DNA of 64,000 bases, taken from positions 1 to 64,000 of IMG/VR virus record IMGVR_UViG_3300035562_000079; one strand, 5' to 3'. The first letter of the stretch is position 1, and each line of letters opens with the position of its first letter. A program made the translations under genes and the position numbers. This DNA comes from a virus (Duplodnaviria; Caudoviricetes). Shown piece after piece: positions 36,239 through 45,202 of this stretch. A model generated the notes under the pieces. The model ran no database searches. It saw only the letters and a list, made by a program, of their open reading frames with translations, and had not been told where the DNA came from.

Positions 36239-37138
36239 ATGACTATGAAAAACAACGTATTAAGTCTTATTGATGTACTGGCGTCGAAAGGTGAAAAAAA
36301 ACTTACCCCCAATACAAACAGCACTGTTCAGCCCGTTGCATTAATGCGGCTTGGCCTGTTCGTGCCAAGTTTGAAACGCAAGGGGAAGAACGTTGAGAGC
36401 GTCACCATAGACGCGTCTGAGGAGCTTTCTAAGCTCGAAATAGCACAGGCTGAGGGCTATTCGAACATTACGATAAGCGGCCCCCGCTTGTCTATGGAGA
36501 CGGATTTCAAGGTTTGGGTCGCAGTCATTTTATCTTTTTCAAAGTACGGCCGAGACACCAACACGATCGAATTACCTTTTTCTGAGTTTGCGAGCTTTGC
36601 TGGTTACCCGGATAAGGAAAAAACCCGCGTTCTGCGCGAACGTATCTCCGGCTCACTAACAAGAATTCGCAGCACCACGCTGAGCCTTTCCTCTAAAAAC
36701 AAGGATAAGCATAGTGTTACAGGCCTTCTTCAGAAGGGGAGCTGGGATGTGAAAGCTGACGTCATCAAACTAACAGCTGACGAATCATTATGGGAGCTAT
36801 ACCAGGTAGATAACCAGGTTCTCCTCCAAATGTTCGTGCTGAGAAAGTTGGCGAATAAAGGGACTGCGCAAGCGCTCTACACCTTCATTGAAAGCCTTCC
36901 GCGCAAACCTATCCCATTGTCTTTTGAACGAATTAAGCAACGTCTGGTGCTGACATCGCCGCAGAACCAACAAAACCGAATTATCAAAAAGGCTGTCGAG
37001 GAGTTGATCGAGACAGGCTATCTCGATGCGACCATACAAAAGCGGGATAAGGATTGGCATGTACTGATCCACGGACGTAATCCAAAATGCCACCTGCCTG
37101 CCGGCGCCAGTTTAATTGAAGGTTTGGACGACGATTAA
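36239..37138 (+). CDS. repA: Plasmid replication initiator RepA (P1/RepFIB family)
   Basis: TVQPVALMRLGLFVP, GPRLSMETDFKVW and AQALYTFIESLP motifs; the track's extra N-terminus is translated iterons. Confidence 0.92.
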   Translation: MTMKNNVLSLIDVLASKGEKKLTPNTNSTVQPVALMRLGLFVPSLKRKGKNVESVTIDASEELSKLEIAQAEGYSNITISGPRLSMETDFKVWVAVILSFSKYGRDTNTIELPFSEFASFAGYPDKEKTRVLRERISGSLTRIRSTTLSLSSKNKDKHSVTGLLQKGSWDVKADVIKLTADESLWELYQVDNQVLLQMFVLRKLANKGTAQALYTFIESLPRKPIPLSFERIKQRLVLTSPQNQQNRIIKKAVEELIETGYLDATIQKRDKDWHVLIHGRNPKCHLPAGASLIEGLDDD

Positions 37139-37142
37139 ATTT

Positions 37143-37397
37143 GTGTTTGAAAACTGGAAACACAGATAAGCAATCCCAAAAATGTGTTTGCTTACTGGAT
37201 AGCATGAGTCATTTCTGAAGTGCTTGGCGTTAGAACCTGCCTTTTATCCAGTTTACAAACACATTTTGCTCGTTATGGGCGCCATGCGACATAATTTATC
37301 CAGTTTATAAACACACTGCCTGCTTCTAACGGTTATGTATCCAGTTTGCATACACACTCTTGCTCTGCCCTCATAATTCATCCCGTTTATAAACACA
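37143..37397. repeat. incA-like copy-control iterons (six, both orientations)
   Basis: Two forward copies (~37143, ~37183) and four inverted TCCAGTTT...ACAC copies (~37247, 37298, 37340, 37381). Confidence 0.9.
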
Positions 37398-37462
37398 TTT
37401 CCACAAAGTCACTATTCATACATGATATGATTAAGACCTCTCCACCAGCATGAACTGTACAC

Positions 37463-37750
37463 ATGAGATTATCGGCAATTCAAAAAGATACCCTGTTTCT
37501 ACTCCATGCCTTTCGGTTAAAGGGTCGTACCGGTGGGATTCGTCAAACAGCATTGTTCAACATCGTCCGATCGAACCGCTCGGATGAGCTTTACCCCAAC
37601 AACTACAGCCTATCGTGTCGAACGATGGCAAAGAACGGGCTGATTATCTTGGAGAGGGACGAAAGTCTGCGTCTGTACCTAACTTTGACTGACGTGGGAT
37701 CTAAAGCTGCTGAAACCATCTACGATGAAAGAACCGGGTACGGACAATAG
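37463..37750 (+). CDS. Replicon-associated winged-helix protein (UpfA position)
   Basis: MRLSAIQKDTLFLL...LTLTDVG; follows the incA-like iterons. Confidence 0.65.
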   Translation: MRLSAIQKDTLFLLHAFRLKGRTGGIRQTALFNIVRSNRSDELYPNNYSLSCRTMAKNGLIILERDESLRLYLTLTDVGSKAAETIYDERTGYGQ

Positions 37751-37816
37751 CCGTACACATTGACGATTCTGGTGCTGATGTGTATTATCGCATTGTGGTA
37801 CGGCTATTATCCGTAC
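37738..37816 (+). promoter_or_regulatory. TA promoter with two GTACGG-N7-CCGTAC operators
   Basis: Inverted repeats at 37738-37756 and 37798-37816 flank TTGACG-17-TATTAT (37760-37788). Confidence 0.75.
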
Positions 37817-38007
37817 CTTTAGAATCTAAATTCTATGGAAATTCTTAATCTAAACAAATTATTTAAATCGAAAACTTACGTAACGGAGAATCAAAATGGC
37901 ACATTTATATATAAGTAATTTCAACAATTTCAACGGGATATCTTTTGCAGGAAAAAGGTAACGTTGACCGTCATAGGGAGATTGTAGAGGAATATAGAGA
38001 GGTAACT

Positions 38008-38322
38008 ATGACTACTGTAACCCAGATGTCTGTGGATGCGGTTAAAGGTTTCAAAAATGCAAGAGTCGAGTTGAAGACCACCTCGAATCTTAAAGATGTA
38101 CTTCGTGAAGCGGCGGCTGTCGCCGGTTTAGATTTGACAGCATTCATACTGAATGCGGCTTTAGAAAGGGCTGAAAGCGTACTGGATAACCAGCGTCGCC
38201 GTGAGCTATCGGAAGAGTCGTGGCATCAGTTGAATCAACTTTTATCTGAACCGGCCGCACCAACGCTTGCCCTGCAAGCCTTGATGAGGAGGAAAAATCA
38301 TGGGGAATCGGAACACCAATGA
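38008..38322 (+). CDS. DUF1778 RHH antitoxin (TacA/AtaR/KacA-like)
   Basis: ARVELKT...LREAAAVAGLDLTAFILNAALERAESVL; overlaps the GNAT gene. Confidence 0.9.
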   Translation: MTTVTQMSVDAVKGFKNARVELKTTSNLKDVLREAAAVAGLDLTAFILNAALERAESVLDNQRRRELSEESWHQLNQLLSEPAAPTLALQALMRRKNHGESEHQ

Positions 38323-38845
38323 TGTAAGTGGTTCAGCAGTAATGGCCTGTACGTATCAGGCGGATATAACGTATCCCGGTCAGAAGAAATTTGACTGTGG
38401 AAATGACATTGTGAACAGTTTTGTGCGCAACTCCCTCAAAAAAAGTGTTGCTGATGGAAATTGCGCTGCAAAATCTCTAATCGATGCGGAAACAGGCGAA
38501 CTAATAGGGGTGTGTAGCTTCACAGCTTACAGCCTTGCCAAGCAGGCATTGAGCGGGGTGATCGCAGGCTCTCTTCCTCGAGAAGTTGGGGCGGTGCGGC
38601 TGGTAATGCTTGGGGTAGCCACTAAGTATCAAGAACAAGGCTACGGTCTGGATCTGTTGCGTGACTTCTTTGAGCAGGTAAAGATTATCCACCAGGCGTT
38701 ACCTGTCAAAGGTGTCTATCTTGATGCCGACCCAAGCGTAGTGAGTTTCTATGCTCGTCTCGGGTTTGTTCAACTGAATATGCCACCAAATAGCTTTGGG
38801 GCTGTGCCGATGTTCTTGGCGATTCAGCATATCTTAGCTGCATAG
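38300..38845 (+). CDS. GNAT acetyltransferase toxin (TacT/AtaT-like)
   Basis: FDCGN, LGVATKYQEQGYG acetyl-CoA motif, FYARLGF. Confidence 0.9.
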   Translation: MGNRNTNDVSGSAVMACTYQADITYPGQKKFDCGNDIVNSFVRNSLKKSVADGNCAAKSLIDAETGELIGVCSFTAYSLAKQALSGVIAGSLPREVGAVRLVMLGVATKYQEQGYGLDLLRDFFEQVKIIHQALPVKGVYLDADPSVVSFYARLGFVQLNMPPNSFGAVPMFLAIQHILAA

Positions 38846-38860
38846 CGCGCTAAAAATTAG

Positions 38861-38886
38861 AAGCCCTGCTTACAAAGCAGGGCTTT
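38861..38886. terminator. Bidirectional terminator
   Basis: AAGCCCTGCTT-aca-AAGCAGGGCTT. Confidence 0.75.
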
Positions 38887-38924
38887 CGTGTATTTAGTCC
38901 CTTGAAATCAAAATAGTTACATTG

Positions 38925-39260
38925 TCACCTTGTGGTGGCACCAGCACCAGCACCAGCACCAGCGCCATTCACTTGATTAACAGTTAGGTTGTGATTGTTG
39001 GTTTTAGCCAAGCTTGCGAGTACGAGAGGTAAAAACACCATCGGGTAATCACCGTACTTTGTGATCAGTTCCTCTGGCAATAGGCACATTTCCGCTGGCA
39101 GTATTGGCTTGCTGTGTTTTTCCTTCAGCACTGTATTTGGTATTGAAGGACTTGATACTTTCGCTGTGCAACCGGATAGCAGCACCAGGGAGAGGCTGAG
39201 CAGAGCAAGGATCGTCGGCCATTGCTTCGGTGAGTTTGTATTGCAATTCGGCGTTCTCAC
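38925..39260 (-). CDS. Outer-membrane lipoprotein o-spanin (P1 Mlp position)
   Basis: Lipobox LLSG-C after a hydrophobic stretch; overlaps the i-spanin gene in another frame; start uncertain. Confidence 0.6.
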   Translation of the reverse strand: MRTPNCNTNSPKQWPTILALLSLSLVLLSGCTAKVSSPSIPNTVLKEKHSKPILPAEMCLLPEELITKYGDYPMVFLPLVLASLAKTNNHNLTVNQVNGAGAGAGAGATTR

Positions 39261-39582
39261 GTTTGAATACCTCTAATTCTTTGGCTTCTTGAAGGTGTTT
39301 GTTGTTGAGTTCGATCAGGCGGCGTTCTGCGTCATCACGCTCTTCTTTTGTTTGGGTCAATGACAGGCTTAGGGTTTTGTTTACCCCCTCTGCCTCCTGT
39401 AGATTCTGGCTCGCCATTTCGATCGCAGATGCCTGGGTCGTCAATTTCTGCTGTATGGTTGAACAAACAAGCCACACCCCTCCAATGATAAGTAGCCCAG
39501 TACCACCGATTAACGCCGCCTTGCGGATATTGGGTATTTTCAAAAAGTTAAAGGCCTCGAATAACAGGGATAGTGGGAACAT
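39049..39582 (-). CDS. i-spanin-like protein (P1 PpfA position)
   Basis: N-terminal TM helix, coiled coil, DPCSAQPLP motif. Confidence 0.7.
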   Translation of the reverse strand: MFPLSLLFEAFNFLKIPNIRKAALIGGTGLLIIGGVWLVCSTIQQKLTTQASAIEMASQNLQEAEGVNKTLSLSLTQTKEERDDAERRLIELNNKHLQEAKELEVFKRENAELQYKLTEAMADDPCSAQPLPGAAIRLHSESIKSFNTKYSAEGKTQQANTASGNVPIARGTDHKVR

Positions 39583-40361
39583 TACTTTTCTCCAAATAGC
39601 GCATTAATGACGCTGGTGGGCGTGATCGCCGTTATGGCTCCTTGCATAGGTGAACTCATACCCATTGAGTCCAGAACTGAAATGCCTACAGCGTTTTTGA
39701 AAGCCTTGGCCGCCAGGGCGACAGAAGTAACGCCATCAGCTGTTAATTTACTTGCCGCCCCATAAGCCTCTGTAAGCCCGCTGGTGGCGTTTTTCATGTC
39801 ACCGCATGCGGTGACTAATCTTTTAACCAATTCATCGCTTAGCGTTGGTGCTGGTGGCGCTGTTGGTGCGCTGGCCCCACCAGCTGGCGGCGGGATGTTC
39901 AGGATTTTGTTAATGTCGTTCATTACATTGAGCACGGGTTGCGGATTTACTTTCGTCACTGCGTTTGACATCGCCTTGACGATTACCGTGTCGGCAAGTG
40001 CTGTTACCAGCGCGGGTGCAGCGCCGGACGGCTTGCTTTCTCCCTTTAGGTAACAATCCCAACCAATATTTACGGTGATCAGCTCCGACGGTGATTGGTA
40101 GGTGGCGAACGCGGCTACAAAACCCCGCCCGCTCGATTCCGCAAACTCTAGCGCCTTGGCTACTTCTTTAATTTGACCGATCGGTGCTGAGATGCTCGCG
40201 GGATATTCGATACCAGGGAGCAATACAGCCAGCAAAGAATCGGCTTTATCCTTCGACTGATCGCTTACTGCTGTTGCCAGGGTTACTGAGGCGGCCGGTG
40301 TGAAGCCTGATTTATTTAGCTCTCGGAAAGCATTGACCTGTTTCGGGTTATCCAACATCAA
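39582..40361 (-). CDS. upfB: UpfB-like virion protein
   Basis: Ala-rich, IGWDCY motif and Pro/Gly linker as recalled for P1 UpfB. Confidence 0.7.
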   Translation of the reverse strand: MMLDNPKQVNAFRELNKSGFTPAASVTLATAVSDQSKDKADSLLAVLLPGIEYPASISAPIGQIKEVAKALEFAESSGRGFVAAFATYQSPSELITVNIGWDCYLKGESKPSGAAPALVTALADTVIVKAMSNAVTKVNPQPVLNVMNDINKILNIPPPAGGASAPTAPPAPTLSDELVKRLVTACGDMKNATSGLTEAYGAASKLTADGVTSVALAAKAFKNAVGISVLDSMGMSSPMQGAITAITPTSVINALFGEK

Positions 40362-40642
40362 GCCACCTCCACCAGCGGGTCACCGGATGCTACGACGGAG
40401 CCACAAGAAACAGGATCGTCTTTGCAGACGATCCCTTTACCATTGACGGTTATCCAAGGCCGGGTTGAAACCGCAGTGCCGCTATGCACTGTGTTACCGT
40501 CTGTGTGTTCGCTGAAGGCACTACCATCGACCATTACCGGTATACCGTTGATAGTAACCAAAGGGTCACCGTCGACACATGGGCGAGGGGGGAAACCCTC
40601 ATGCCCAGAGCAAACAGCCCCTTTGACGGAGATATTTGCCAT
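40358..40642 (-). CDS. PAAR spike-tip protein (UpfC-like)
   Basis: CSGHEGFPPR...INGIPV...H...VNGKGI...DPVSCG. Confidence 0.9.
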   Translation of the reverse strand: MANISVKGAVCSGHEGFPPRPCVDGDPLVTINGIPVMVDGSAFSEHTDGNTVHSGTAVSTRPWITVNGKGIVCKDDPVSCGSVVASGDPLVEVA

Positions 40643-41322
40643 TAACGGAACACCCCTTCCAATCTGGCCTGAAAATCCTCTTCTGTTTCTTCAGGCTTGC
40701 GTAGTGAGCTGATGTTGAAGCGAGACTTCACTAATGACGATTTCAACGTTGAGTGGTGCATTACCTGGTACTGCTCGCTGGTGGCTAATTCATAGCACAA
40801 TGGCTTTTCGCCATTCATTACCAAAGGCTCATCGCAAACGAGGATCGTATCAGGGTTAATCGCAGCAGCAGATTTTTGCCAATCCTGGGTTGAGGCGAAT
40901 GGCGCCAAACCCTCGATGATGATATCGATCGGTAACTCAGCCCGTAGCGCTACGAAATCAGGAGTGAAAGCGCTATGGTCAACGAACTCGACAAACGTGC
41001 GGGCTTCATGGCGCTGATAAATGCGATTACCAGTAATTACGAGGGGCTGATCGCGGGGGAGCATTTCGTTAACCGCTGAAATGACGAATGGGGCGTATTT
41101 TGCGGCGTTTTGGCTAACTACGAGTGTCGATCGACGCTTATCGATCAGGTTAGCCACTGCAATGTTCGTGACGTTATTCGTTAAGCCACACACGGGGCCG
41201 GCAAGCAGCATTAAGCGCTTATCTTTGCCGGGGGTGAAGAAGGCTTCGACCGTATCTTGCTGTTGGGACGTGAGTTTCACCATGAGATGAGGATTTGAAA
41301 AAATACCGGAGCTAATTGCCAT
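40642..41322 (-). CDS. Degenerate terminase-ATPase-like protein (PacB paralogue lacking Walker motifs and nuclease domain)
   Basis: Colinear by-eye similarity to the N-terminal half of PacB in this window; preceded by a late promoter. Confidence 0.6.
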   Translation of the reverse strand: MAISSGIFSNPHLMVKLTSQQQDTVEAFFTPGKDKRLMLLAGPVCGLTNNVTNIAVANLIDKRRSTLVVSQNAAKYAPFVISAVNEMLPRDQPLVITGNRIYQRHEARTFVEFVDHSAFTPDFVALRAELPIDIIIEGLAPFASTQDWQKSAAAINPDTILVCDEPLVMNGEKPLCYELATSEQYQVMHHSTLKSSLVKSRFNISSLRKPEETEEDFQARLEGVFR

Positions 41323-41380
41323 TGCTTATACCTCTCAGCTAAAGCGTGAAATGAGTTTGAATGGATGAAGGGAGGGCTTA

Positions 41381-41399
41381 ACCGTATCCGAACTGAGTT
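41381..41399 (-). promoter_or_regulatory. Late promoter for terminase-like/PAAR/spanin operon
   Basis: Minus strand AACTCAGTT-cgga-TACGGT. Confidence 0.65.
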
Positions 41400-41533
41400 T
41401 TCATTCTTTAGCGGAAGATCGGGTGAAGTTTGGGCTATTAGCCGTCCTGGCCTTTATGCCTGGCAAATTAGACACGTACAATGGCCCGGTCGGCGGCACG
41501 TAGCCGCCATAATCGAAGTAAAAGGGAATTAGT

Positions 41534-41989
41534 TTGAAACTTAAAACGTTGCTGTTATCGGCATCGATCGCTCTATTGGCGCCCCAGGCATTTGCACAGG
41601 AACCTGCAATGTCATTCAAATGCGATCAACTGAATATTCTGGTGTACAAACAGAGCGACGCCAAAGGGCGCAAAGTGGTGACACTGAACGGCACTAGGCA
41701 AGATGATGTAAAGACGTCGCTCTCAACTCGTTCAGGAAAAAAGGTTAGTACGGTTTCGTTTGTAGAACGCGCCCAAGCTGGTGGCTCTTATGGGCTGTAT
41801 AATCTGTATATCATTCGGGCTGAAGGCGTGTACTTAACAAATGATTGGCTGGATGCCGATGATAAGCCTAAGCGGGAAGCCAAGGTGTATCAGTGCGATT
41901 ACAAAGGTGAGATTAACGCGGCAACGCCAGCACAATTTACAGCCTGGGAAGCGCGCAGAAACGCTGAAGCGATGGATGCCCGGAGCTAA
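41534..41989 (+). CDS. Secreted/periplasmic hypothetical protein
   Basis: Sec signal peptide MKLKTLLLSASIALLAPQAFA; two Cys in the mature part. Confidence 0.75.
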   Translation: MKLKTLLLSASIALLAPQAFAQEPAMSFKCDQLNILVYKQSDAKGRKVVTLNGTRQDDVKTSLSTRSGKKVSTVSFVERAQAGGSYGLYNLYIIRAEGVYLTNDWLDADDKPKREAKVYQCDYKGEINAATPAQFTAWEARRNAEAMDARS

Positions 41990-41992
41990 GCG

Positions 41993-43258
41993 CTACCGCA
42001 CCTTAAACTTAGGCAGATCTGACCACCGTGTTGTATAGGCAGGTGAAAGCCATTGCCGCTTCATCTCGAAGCCTGTGTCGATGCCTTGGCCTGCCAAAAA
42101 TAGCGTGCCTCGAGCGTCTTTGTTTAACCTGTCCATAACAGCCATTAACTTTTCACTGTTCGGCCGTGGCGGAGCATCGTCAAAGAGTACCAGCTGCGCT
42201 TCACGGCCACTAAAATCCGCCAGCATAATGCCCGCTTTAGCATACCTGATCCCTGGGCGCCAAATTCGAAGAAGCGCCCGCTGGGCCGCCGCCACAACAT
42301 CCCGCGTATCCTGTGTAGGCGTGGTGAGAATTTCACAATGTTGATTGCTGTATTGCACGTCATTAGAAAACGGGCTGGTACGGATAAACACCGATATAGC
42401 TTTGCAATACTGTTTTTCCTGCCTCAGCTTTCCGGCCGCTATTGATGCGTGACCGCAGATAGCTTGTTGCATATCCACCAGCTCAGTGACTCGCTGACCG
42501 AATGATCTGGAGCTGATGATCTGCTGTTTTGTCGGGGGATGTTCCTCGAGGGCCAAGCAAGCCTCGCCGCGCAGCTCTCGAACGGTACGCTCCAGCATCA
42601 CGCCAAAGTTCTTCCGTATGAACTTGGTATCGGCAAGGGCCAGATCCAATGCTGTTTTATACCCCATAACGGTTAATTTTTTTGTAAGCTGCCGACCAAC
42701 GCCCCAAACTTCAGATACCGGCAACAAGGACAGTAATTTGTAGCGCCGCGCAGCATCATCAAGCACAACTACGCCCCCCGTTTTGCTCCACGTCTTTGCG
42801 GCGTGATTGGCAATCTTCGCAAGGGTTTTCGAGGGGCCAAACCCGACACCTATTGTTAGTCCAGTCGCCCGGTAGACGGCATTTCGCAGCTGGTGGCCGA
42901 ACTCCTCGTAAGACATTGCCTTCCCGAGGCCTGCGCACTCAATGAATAGTTCGTCGACACTGTACTGCTCCACGTTGGCTGATAGAGATTCCACTGTTGC
43001 GACAAATCGCGCTGACATGTCTGCGTAAAGCGCATAATTTGAAGAAAATACAATAACTTGATGCTTCTTGATTAAATGTTGCACCTTGAATAGCGGTTCA
43101 CCCATTTTTAAGCCAGCCAACTTTGCGAGGCGGTTTCTGGCAACAATATTGCCATCGTTGTTTGAACTCACGACGACCGCGCGATTGTCCAAGTCTGGTC
43201 TGAAAACCTGCTCGCATGAGGCATACATTGAATTAACGTCAGCAAGTGCAAACATCAT
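41993..43258 (-). CDS. umuC: Y-family DNA polymerase V subunit UmuC
   Basis: FALADVNSMYASCE, YSVDE and LSPAYTTRW motifs. Confidence 0.95.
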   Translation of the reverse strand: MMFALADVNSMYASCEQVFRPDLDNRAVVVSSNNDGNIVARNRLAKLAGLKMGEPLFKVQHLIKKHQVIVFSSNYALYADMSARFVATVESLSANVEQYSVDELFIECAGLGKAMSYEEFGHQLRNAVYRATGLTIGVGFGPSKTLAKIANHAAKTWSKTGGVVVLDDAARRYKLLSLLPVSEVWGVGRQLTKKLTVMGYKTALDLALADTKFIRKNFGVMLERTVRELRGEACLALEEHPPTKQQIISSRSFGQRVTELVDMQQAICGHASIAAGKLRQEKQYCKAISVFIRTSPFSNDVQYSNQHCEILTTPTQDTRDVVAAAQRALLRIWRPGIRYAKAGIMLADFSGREAQLVLFDDAPPRPNSEKLMAVMDRLNKDARGTLFLAGQGIDTGFEMKRQWLSPAYTTRWSDLPKFKVR

Positions 43259-43695
43259 GGTAGCGCCTTGTGCAGCCAGAACGTGACAACCCCCCACACT
43301 TCGAATGTGTCAGGATCTGGATATATGGGACTGTATGCGGCATTCATCGGCATGAGGCATAGGGTAGGGCGTGTGTGCAACATTTTCACGGTAAACTCGC
43401 TATCGACCTTAGCGATGATGATAGAGCCGTGTTTTGCCCGGAGGTCGCGATCCACTATAAGTAAATCGCCATCATGTATCCCGGCCTCAATCATTGAGTC
43501 ACCTTCAGCCCAGCCAAAGAATGTTGAGTGCTTTTTGGCGATGCAATACTCATTCAGATCCAGGGAGGCATCTTCGTATCCCTGTGCGGGTGAGGGAAAC
43601 CCAGCACGAATGCGTTCTGCAAATAGCGGGGTGCGCATTTGTGGCACGCTGGCGCTGGGGTGGAGGATAGGGAAAGGTGCTTCTATAAGTTTCAT
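43255..43695 (-). CDS. umuD: UmuD-like S24 autopeptidase
   Basis: AGFPSPA, GDSM and FTVK motifs; start 43695 just after the SOS box. Confidence 0.93.
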   Translation of the reverse strand: MKLIEAPFPILHPSASVPQMRTPLFAERIRAGFPSPAQGYEDASLDLNEYCIAKKHSTFFGWAEGDSMIEAGIHDGDLLIVDRDLRAKHGSIIIAKVDSEFTVKMLHTRPTLCLMPMNAAYSPIYPDPDTFEVWGVVTFWLHKALP

Positions 43696-43711
43696 GATCG
43701 CTTCCGTAATA

Positions 43712-43727
43712 CTGTATACATATACAG
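43712..43727. promoter_or_regulatory. LexA (SOS) box of umuDC
   Basis: CTGTATACATATACAG. Confidence 0.93.
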
Positions 43728-43772
43728 TATATATTGCCGGGAGCGAATTATACAAATACAGCCGTTCGCCAT

Positions 43773-43801
43773 AAAAAAACGCCCTCACTAAGGAGGGCGT
43801 T
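43773..43801 (-). terminator. Terminator after higA-like gene
   Basis: AACGCCCTC-actaag-GAGGGCGTT with a minus-strand T run. Confidence 0.75.
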
Positions 43802-43810
43802 AGACAAGCC

Positions 43811-44176
43811 TTAACGTAGCTGAGCAGTAGTGCAATTATAGATTTCCGCCAGCTTGGCTAGTGTCGCGGCCTGTGGGCGCTTCGAGCTTTCCCACTGAGA
43901 CACGGAAGCCTGCGTTACACCCAGCTTTGCGGCAACATCCGCTTGGGATAAGTTGCGATAGATGCGCCATGCAGCCAGCAGGCTCACGTCTTCTTTGACT
44001 TTGATACCAACGACAGCATGAGGAATTACGTCATCGTCATTGCTATCTGCTGAGTATGGGACATCTTCATACGCATCATCATTTTCGGCCGCAGCCATAA
44101 GACGTTTATAGTCGTCGATCGGTATTACGGCGTAAGCAACGTTGTCGTTGCTATCTTTCAGAAATTGAACGGACAT
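43811..44176 (-). CDS. HigA-like XRE antitoxin
   Basis: YAVIPIDDY N-terminus; LSQADVAAKLGVTQASVSQWE HTH; downstream of the toxin. Confidence 0.85.
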   Translation of the reverse strand: MSVQFLKDSNDNVAYAVIPIDDYKRLMAAAENDDAYEDVPYSADSNDDDVIPHAVVGIKVKEDVSLLAAWRIYRNLSQADVAAKLGVTQASVSQWESSKRPQAATLAKLAEIYNCTTAQLR

Positions 44177-44287
44177 ATTTAAATCCTCGACTTCAGGAAC
44201 AGTTCATAACTCTAACTTAATAAATCATACTTCATACTTATTAAGTGTTAATTTAACGGTGTTGAGGGGGTTTCCCCCCTCACTCGC

Positions 44288-44548
44288 TTAGCTGTAGGTG
44301 TTTGTTGTCCGGCGCTTAACCATCAGTATTTTGATGACCGTTGGCACCCCGTCGATAACTTCAAACAACACTCGGTAATCACCAACCCGCATCCTGTATT
44401 CATTATCGCCATCTTTCATCTTTTTGATATCGAGGTTAACGGTGGGAAACCCTGTTAACTGGTCGACCTTCTCAAAGATTTTTCGCTTATACCGCACATC
44501 GATGCTATCCAACTGCTTCTCAGCGCGGCGTGACCAAACTATCTCCAT
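44288..44548 (-). CDS. RelE/HigB-family toxin
   Basis: IVWSRRAEKQL...YRMRVGDYRVLF. Confidence 0.9.
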   Translation of the reverse strand: MEIVWSRRAEKQLDSIDVRYKRKIFEKVDQLTGFPTVNLDIKKMKDGDNEYRMRVGDYRVLFEVIDGVPTVIKILMVKRRTTNTYS

Positions 44549-44791
44549 ACGCCTTACCTTTCCCGTTCTTAAAGAGCATCGCCTTGCGATATGCGACCAA
44601 TATAAGGTTTTACATAAGGTTATGCAAGCATTATCTTATGTTAATGCTTATATTAATCTTATACTGGATGTGCGGGGCAGCTACTACAAGGGAAATGACG
44701 GTTAACTTTATAGCTCAGGCGCGAGATAGAGGCACAATCTTCATGGAGGCATAGAAAAAGCCCACTTGGTGGGCTTGCATGGCTGATGGCA

Positions 44792-45040
44792 TCACGGTCT
44801 TGGTCGCCGACCGATCTCATGCCAGATGTATGCGAGACGGCCTACGGTGCCCTGACAATGCTTGCAGCGATACTGCGCTCGACCAAACTCTCCCTCAAGC
44901 GTCTCCTCTTGAAACTCATGATAGGGACAAGACTTGAGCTTATCGATATTTGCTTTTACTTGAGCGGCTATTTGCCGCATCCCATCCCCGGAGATACCAA
45001 CAGCTTCCCCAATGACGTCTAAACCGTTTTTTTTATGCAT
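44792..45040 (-). CDS. Small Zn-finger-like hypothetical protein
   Basis: CPYHEF...CKHC; followed by a hairpin terminator at ~44755-44776. Confidence 0.6.
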   Translation of the reverse strand: MHKKNGLDVIGEAVGISGDGMRQIAAQVKANIDKLKSCPYHEFQEETLEGEFGRAQYRCKHCQGTVGRLAYIWHEIGRRPRP

Positions 45041-45202
45041 GTTCTAATTCTCTAATATTTTCCGTTCGTTAGGAGCCAATGGTATTGCCCCTCGAACAAT
45101 TAGATAAAAGGCCAAAAGGAAGCCGGGGGCCAGTGTGCTGCCTGCAATCGAAATACAGATTAAATAGTGCTCCATATCAATAGTCACAGTGCCTCCACGC
45201 GG

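Noticed and set aside
36088-37397. Iteron arrays as a CRISPR array
   Set aside because: Repeats are 17 bp with 4-5 bp spacers or mixed orientation, flank repA, and no cas genes are present.
38937-38966. (GCACCA)n hexamer repeat
   Set aside because: Short microsatellite encoding a Gly-Ala tail; unit changes keep the frame, so no phase variation.
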